Origin: Pseudogymnoascus verrucosus | Lineage: Eukaryota | Reading direction: 5' to 3' (one strand) | NCBI GenBank assembly: GCA_001662655.1 | Contig: KV460206.1 | Length of the DNA: 64,000 nt | In this document: piece by piece, positions 56,913-64,000 of the stretch | How the letters are laid out: the number at the start of each line of letters is the position of its first letter | Numbering within the stretch: position 1 is the first letter of the stretch | Translations under genes and position numbers: made by a program | Notes under the pieces: model-generated | What the model saw: the letters and a program-made list of their open reading frames with translations, nothing else | What the model was told of the DNA's origin: nothing | Database searches by the model: none

Positions 56913-59900
56913 ATGGATTCAACACGTCCGCATCAGGTAAATCTCCCAGCCACCGAACAGGATGCTTTTTATTATCGACTACATGCTAAAATCATCCCAA
57001 TAGGCCACTCTGGCTGTGGAAGTCTTACACTACGGCTACCCTGCACTATCGCTCCTGTATTTCATATTTACATCTACGCTTGGATTTTGCACGACGCCGG
57101 CAGGTGCCAAGAAGAAAACCGAACAACATGACAAACGACGAGCCCTTCTGTCACTTATGGTCTTGGTTGTAGGAACATATGTAAGTTCCCCTTGTCATGT
57201 TGAGATGGAGGAAACCGAGTCTTTCGAGCAACTACCAAGCGATACGAATGCTGACCATGGTATATAGGCTGCCAATTCTGTCAATATCTTAATTCGGACG
57301 CTCGTCGATAAGCCATGGGCCGCAGAGCAACACGAGACAGTAAGTCATTGACGTATATTACCTTCAAATATATACTGACTCTGGCAGGTTTACCTCGTCT
57401 CATCCTTTCTGACATGGTTAATTCTGACTACGGCGCTTCTGGAGTTTGAGTTGCCCGTGTGGTATCCTCACTATGGAGCATCAGCGATAGCTGCTGTATC
57501 TGAAATCGCGCTTTTCATTCTTTTCAATATCTTCATTCGCAAGTATGGACTGTTCGACTTGATTTCGTTGTCTATTCAAGGTGTACGGATATGTACGCTG
57601 GTAATATTGCTATCCTTTTACATCACACTTGGAAACCGCAAAAGTTTCGACGAAGACGATGAAGAGCGCCAGTCTCTGCTGCCAGGTAACTCCAAGACCA
57701 ACGGGGATGCAAATGGGAATGGTTCCAGCTATGGGGCTACAACAAACTCTTCAGAAACTGCAAACGATAATTCCAAGGACGGCAGTTCGTCCGACTCTGA
57801 CGAGGATGATGTGTTAGCTAAGCGACGCAATAAAGCCCAGGAACGAGTACAGAAACGATTAGAGACGGACGGCAACTGGTGGGCATATGTGAAAGGCTTT
57901 TCGGTATAGTGCACTCAAAATACAATACACTGCAATTTGCTAACTCCTCCAAGATTTTTATTCCACATGTCTGGCCAGTCCATGATAGATCAATGCAACT
58001 TCGCGCTGTTGCAGTAGGGGCCTGTCTTTTGACGGGCAACTTTCTAAACATGATGATTCCACGACAGCTGGGTGTGGTCACCGACGCTCTTGTCAAAGGT
58101 TGGTCGCCTATTCCAGATCCCTGACATTTCTAACTTTTTGCAGGAAATTCTCCGTGGGTTGCGGCAACAGTATATGCCTCCCTGACATTTTTGAATTCCG
58201 GTAGCTGCATTGGCTGGGTGCAGTTTTGGTTATGGCGACCTCTTGAACAATACGCTGAACAGTCACTGAGTACTGCATCTCATCAACACGTAATGAGCTT
58301 GTCGTCGGATTTCCACGAAGGCAAAGACTCTGCAGACATTCACCGCGCCGTTAACCAGGGACAGTCAGTCACCAAGCTCGTGGAAATGATGATTTTTGAA
58401 GTTATGCCCATGATGATTGATCTCTCCGCCGTTTGCATATACTTGAACTACCTCTTTGGGCCATACATGGGACTCATCCTAGCTGTTACGAGTGTCGTAT
58501 TTGTGTATTGCACTACGAAGCTAGTGTCACTGGCGACCAACAAACGCAGGCAATACATGAAAAGCTACCGGAAAGAGTGGATATCAGTTTACACGAGCAT
58601 CGATAACTGGCGAACGGCCAGTTACTTCAACAACATCCCGTATGAAGAAAATCGGTACTCGTCAAATGTGAAGAATCGGTTGAGGCGAGAGAAGGACTAC
58701 CGGTTGGGGATATTTCTTGTCGGCGCTGTTCAAATCTTCGCCCTTACAGTCGGTCTCGTCGGTGCATGCTTCCTTGCTATATACCAAGTCATGCGCCATG
58801 AGAGATCACCTGGAGATTTCGTCATTCTTTTGACCTACTGGGCGCAGCTCAGGGGGCCTCTGACATTTTTCAGTAACGCCTACAAGAAAATATCCGAGGC
58901 CCTGATGGATGCTGAGCACTTGCTGGAACTATTTCGAGCCAAACCTACCGTCGTGGACAGGGAGGATGCACAGCCATTGGTTTTCAAAAAAGGTGAAGTG
59001 GTTTTTGAAGATGTACACTTCCACTACGAGGCTCGAAAGGAGACCCTCAGAGACATCAACTTTTCCGTCCCCGGCGGCTCAACGATTGCTCTCGTGGGCG
59101 AAACCGGAAGTGGAAAATCAACGATACTCAAGCTTCTCGACCGATTTTACGACGTTACTGATGGCAGCATAAAGATTGATGGGCAAGACATCCGAGATGT
59201 GACCGTAAGAAGTCTTCGAGACAAAATTGGAGTGGTACCCCAGGATCCAGACCTTTTCAACGAGTCCATCCTGAATAATATACGTTATGCTAGACTGGGA
59301 TCTAGTATTGAAGACGTCCATAAAGCCTGCAAAGCAGCTGCTATCCACGATAAAATCCTTTCGTTTCCTGACGGTTATCAATCGGTGGTTGGCAGTCATG
59401 GGGTGCGACTTTCTGGTGGCGAGAAGCAACGCATCGCCATTGCTCGGGCAATTCTAAAACGTCCAGAGATAATTGTTCTTGACGAAGCAACTAGCGCAGT
59501 TGACAGTGCTACGGAGCAGTTGATACAGGACGCATTTAGGGAACTGTGCAGAGGGCGAACCACTTTCATTGTTGCCCATCGCCTTTCCACGATAATGAGA
59601 GCAGATCGCATATTGGTTATCAAAGACGGAGAAATTATCGAAAACGGCTCGCACGACGAACTTATCCATGCAAAGGGCAAGTACACTGACCTCTGGTCGA
59701 AGCAGCTGCTTGTGAAGCCAGGAGAGAGCCTTTCGTCTCCTGGGAGCCCCAAAAATTCCGACGCGACCATTGTAAACGATGTTCAAAAGCAAAAGGGAAC
59801 CACGACTCTTGCTGCAGCATTGAAAAAGACAGACCATTCTGAGAAGGACTGCTCAGTAGCCTCAACCGATGGATCAAAGGTGCAGAAAACCAAACTCAAG

Positions 59901-60530
59901 GCGGACAGTCCGGAGTTTGTGCCTATCCGCTTAAGGACTGCCACACAAGAACAGAACCAAAGTCCAGAATCAAAGGGCAGTTTTGGTAGTGGGAGTTTGC
60001 ATGGTACTCAAATCCAAGGCGAGAGCAAGGTTTTCTCAAACGGTTTCCATGAAACAGCTGAGACGAATGATGACTCCAAGGGAGTGAGATCAAGTTCCAA
60101 GCGCCCACTCTCACGGTATGGGCGTCGAAATCATACGAAGAGCGACCCAGCAAACTATGTGAATGGCTCTTCGAACGAGACTGAGGCGTCTGGGAGTGGA
60201 ATAAACAGCTCCGGTGAGATACAACTATCATTTACCCCCTATGTCCAGGCAGTACGACATCTTAGTTTGTAACCTCGTGTTAATGATATGCTAATATAAC
60301 AATAGAACCATCGACGCGTGACAGCTCCAAGTGATCCGCCGCCCGATTATTCGGACAGTCGAAGTCCGTCGCGAGGGAGGCCATCCAGACGCGGTCGTCA
60401 TTGGAGGCTTAGGAGCAAGGTCAGTCGCGGCTCTGCTTTGTCGGAGCAGAGTAAATCGCAGGACGGTTCGACTGATACTGGGCCACCGCCGATGGGTCTC
60501 TCCACCATGCCTGCCGACCGTTTTCTGTAA
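56913..60530 (+). CDS. ABC half-transporter, HMT1/ABCB6-like, multi-exon
   Basis: N-terminal TM extension, LS.DFH, Walker A GETGSGKST, LSGGEKQR, ILDEATS-like Walker B, IVAHRLST. Confidence 0.88.
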
Positions 60531-61179
60531 TCTCCTGGTCATACACACAGAAATCTTTCGAGGCAGCATGATTGCTCTCGTGGAATACCTGAGGGGCGGG
60601 ATATCGCTATGATATGAGCGAACAGCGAAAGGGGTGGTGAAATTATAGCAGGTTCATATGGGCGTCTGGAGGGAAGGGTTTCAATTTCATATCACCGTTT
60701 GAAAAAGGCTGGAATTACTGTTCACATTCTTATCCTATTTGACATTTGTCGGTCTATACAAGCTGCGTCAGGGAACATTTTTAGAGGTTTTAGAGGTATA
60801 AATGGATTGGCGGCGAAGCGCAGGTGAACGTCAGCTTTGTAGTCTTTAGGTTACAGAAAAGTTTGGTTTCAGTAGTTATTCTCGTTGGCGCATCATTAGA
60901 TTTGGTACTGTCTATCTGTATGCGCTCGAGGTTCTTGAGAAATGTGTTGTGGTGAACATTTAGGCCGGGGTGATCGTGGCGAGGGTTCAAACACGTAAAG
61001 GCTGCCAAAGTCGATTTGAAGCGCAAATCCAAACATAATCCAAACATACATTCACTTTGCAAATTCAGCATAGCACTTATGGGACATTAAAGTATTTCTC
61101 TATCCAATGCTCTTTTATGTTGTACCCAAACGAAAGTCGTGGCATCATATCCTCATACTCCAGTCGCAGCCCTTCAAAG

Positions 61180-62367
61180 TTAGTTTCCAGCTCCGCGCCC
61201 AGCGCCACCGGCGCCACGACCAGCACCGCCCATCATATTCCTCGCCCTGGGGACCTGTATTAGCATCTATCTTCAAACCCGAGCACGGAAGGGAAACTCA
61301 CATCTCGGCAATGCTGGGATCCTGCATCAAGCTTGCCAAATCTGGGGTTCCGGCACCCTCCCCTCCGCCACCACCACCGCCGAATCGGCTCGCCATGTCC
61401 CGTAGTTGCGGGTTGCTCATCAGGTTGTTCATCATGTCCGGGTTGCTCATCAAGTTCTGGGCCATCGACGCAAACATTGGGTTGCTCATGATGCTGCTCA
61501 GATCTGGCATGCCACCACCTCCAGCTCCGCCTGCACCACCGCCGAACATGCCCGCCAACGAGCTCAAATCCGGCATTCCCCCGGCACCGCCCGCGCCACC
61601 AAAACCCCGCGCACTTGGCAGCTCATCATCATCCCCGCCACCGGTGAGAGCCTCCTGCTCGGTCCTCTTCTTCGCCGTCTCGAATCCCCTCCTCATCGCC
61701 TCGCTTCCTCCGTTACCCTCATACTCGATCCCCTTCTCGTACGCCTCCATGCTGCCCTTGGCGTCGCCGAGGGCGAAGCGAGCTAGTCCGAGCCGCGACC
61801 ACGCCTTGGTGTACTTTGGATCCGCAGCGACGGAGGCCTCTGCGTCGGCACGCGCGGACTCGTGGTCCTTGGATGCCGAGTAGGCGGCTGCGCGGTTGGA
61901 GAGGAAGATGGGGTTTCCTGGGACGAGCGCGAGGGCCTGGGTGTACAGGTCGATGGCGGAGGCGTAGTCCTTGGTGGCCATGGCGGAGTTGCCGCGGCTC
62001 TTGAGGGACTCAGCTTGCTTCTTCTCCTCGTCGGTTGGGGCTGCTGCGGTGGGCGCAGGGGCGGCTGCCGAAGCGGCGGAGGAGGCGGCGGTCTTGGAGC
62101 GCAGGTTCTCGTAGACGCTGTATACCTGGAGGAGCGACTGGGACTCGGTCGATGGGCCGGAGGGCGTCACGTTGAAAGCCTCGGAGATGCAGTTGGTGGC
62201 GATCTCGATGGACTCGGCATCGTCGGCGGTGAGGGTGCCGTCCTTGAGGGAGGTGTTGAGGAAGTCAATGATGGACAGCGCGAGGCGCTGCTTGGTGGTT
62301 TGAGTCGCCTGGATCACGGTTAGAGGGGTATGCTGAACTGTACGTGAGGATTGGGTGAACTCACCAT
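61180..62367 (-). CDS. SGT2: TPR co-chaperone Sgt2, 3 exons
   Basis: KQRLALSIIDFL dimerisation domain, three TPRs (AESLKSRGN, SNRAAAY, YTKAWSRLG), Met/Asn-rich STI1 C-terminus. Confidence 0.93.
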
Positions 62368-62999
62368 TTTTGCGACGAGTAGAGATGCAAGTTTGTAGGT
62401 TGTTGAGTTGGGTGGGGGTGAGGTGGGAGAAGGCGATGGATGCAGCTGGTTCTTTATGAACGTGTGCGCTAGGGAATTTGGGTTTGGCGGGGCAAGGCTA
62501 TCGTGGCGTTGGGTGCCTTTTTGGAATTTATCAAACGTGGTATCTTAGCGCCAAGCGACGAAACCAAAGCGTATGAGAAGACTATAATATGGGCTAAATG
62601 AAGCTAAATGAAGTTAAATAGGATTCATATTTTGGTTCTGGGGTGAGTCTGTTTAATTCAATGATGCCAGATCAATATTATCGAGCCTTTCTTTTAAAAA
62701 TGATTGATTTGCGACGTAGTATTAAATACCCCGCACAGTCGCATCATAATATAACGTCGCACAATCCACGAGATGAGCACACATCTTGATTTCTTAAGTT
62801 CATTGCCTTGAATCTATGGCATACGTTTTGAATTATGGCTGCTTATCCCGTATATTCTACGGAATACCCTCATTCCATGCGAGTGATTGGGTTCATTTCC
62901 GCTGACGCAACCCAAGCCAAGCCAGCCTCAGCTATACAAAAGACATAGCGTCAAAAAGCATGAAACCACGACAGATCTTCTTTATTAAGATATGTAGAT

Positions 63000-64000
63000 T
63001 TAGCTCTTTGCAGCTCCAGCCTTGATCAGAAGGATGTCACCATCGTTAACCACGTAGTCCTTGCCCTTGGTCTGAATCTGTCCCTTCGCCTTAATCTCAG
63101 CTTCGCTACCGAGCTCCTTGAGCTTCTCAAAGTTGTAGACGATGGCCTGGATGAAAGTCTTCTCGAAATCACCGTGGATGACACCAGCCGCCTGGGGTGC
63201 CTTGGTGCCGTTGCGGATAGTCCACTGGCGGACCTCATCGGTTCCGGTGGTGAAGAAGCTGCCAAGGTTCAGGACCTTGCGCATAGTGACGACGATCTTG
63301 GGGAGGGCGGACTCGACGCCGAGGGACTTCAGCTCAGCCTGGACCTCCTCCTCGGTCTCGAAGCGGGTCAGACGCTCCTCGAGGCAGACGGACAGGGGTA
63401 GAATTGGGTCTCCAGCGGCGTGCTCCTTCAGCCACTCTGCGATCTTGCCGAGATGCTTGTTCTTCTTGCGGATGTAATCCTTCTCGCTGAGGTTGACCAA
63501 GTACACGACGGGCTTGGCGCTGAGCAGGAACAGAGGGTTGATGTGCTCGACCTGTATTATTGGTCAGTATCCAAGACGCCAATGTATTATCATATAATAT
63601 TGAAGATGTTGTAATCAGAACATGTTTCTTATCTCATAGTGCACGTTGTGCCTCGACGAGCTGGGTTATATATCTGGTCTCTTGACCATTTGTCATCATA
63701 TAAGGGGGGGAAGATGAAAACCGATTTACATACCTCCTTTGGTGTCCAGGTGCCCTTGCGGACATCCTTGCCATCCTTCAGCATGGCGAGGACCTTCTCA
63801 ATAGTAGCCTCCTCCTCCTTGAGCTTCTTGACCTCAAGACTCTGGCCACCGCGGCGGGTAAGCTTCTTCATGGCCTCGAGCGCCTTCTCGGTGAACTCGA
63901 TATCCTTGATGCGCAGCTCCTCGCTGATAATGTCCAAATCTCTGCAGGGGTTGACATCGCCCTCGACGTGAATAATCTCGGCATCATCGAAGCAGCGAAC
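63000..64000 (-). CDS. OLA1: Obg-like ATPase 1 (YchF), 5' part outside window
   Basis: IIHVEGDVNPCRD, AKPVVYLVNLSE, DEVRQWTIR.GTKAPQAAGVIHGDFEK, KGKDYVV.DGD. Confidence 0.95.

Noticed and set aside
61107..62323. Pro/Gly-rich plus-strand ORFs
   Set aside because: Antisense shadows of GC-rich SGT2.

Overview
Eukaryotic DNA from a filamentous ascomycete (GT..CTAAC..AG introns, Zn2Cys6 factors, RIP-like TpA-rich transposon relics). The window has two parts. About 1-43.7 kb is an accessory, transposon-scarred region. About 43.8-64 kb is a compact run of conserved genes (DUF1992, HIS4, TAF9, TMA20, two I78-like inhibitors, HMT1-like ABC transporter, SGT2, OLA1). The main finding is a ~27 kb candidate fungal polysaccharide-utilisation locus for uronic-acid polymers (alginate or beta-glucuronan) at 2.1-29.1 kb. 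It contains a GH88 unsaturated glucuronyl hydrolase, a DUF2264/GH154-like protein, a Zn2Cys6 regulator, a secreted PL7 lyase, an MFS sugar porter, a bZIP/DUF3425 + SDR module, a cytosolic and a secreted PL38-type lyase, and an aldo-keto reductase; several of their promoters share CGG-containing motifs. A second cluster (phenol 2-monooxygenase, Zn2Cys6 factor, catechol 1,2-dioxygenase) is bracketed by a direct duplication of the 5' end of the neighbouring DUF1992 gene and carries a hAT-type element with an 8-bp TSD in its divergent promoter. Family assignments come from motifs recognised by eye; no database searches were run. Coordinates of multi-exon genes are spans.
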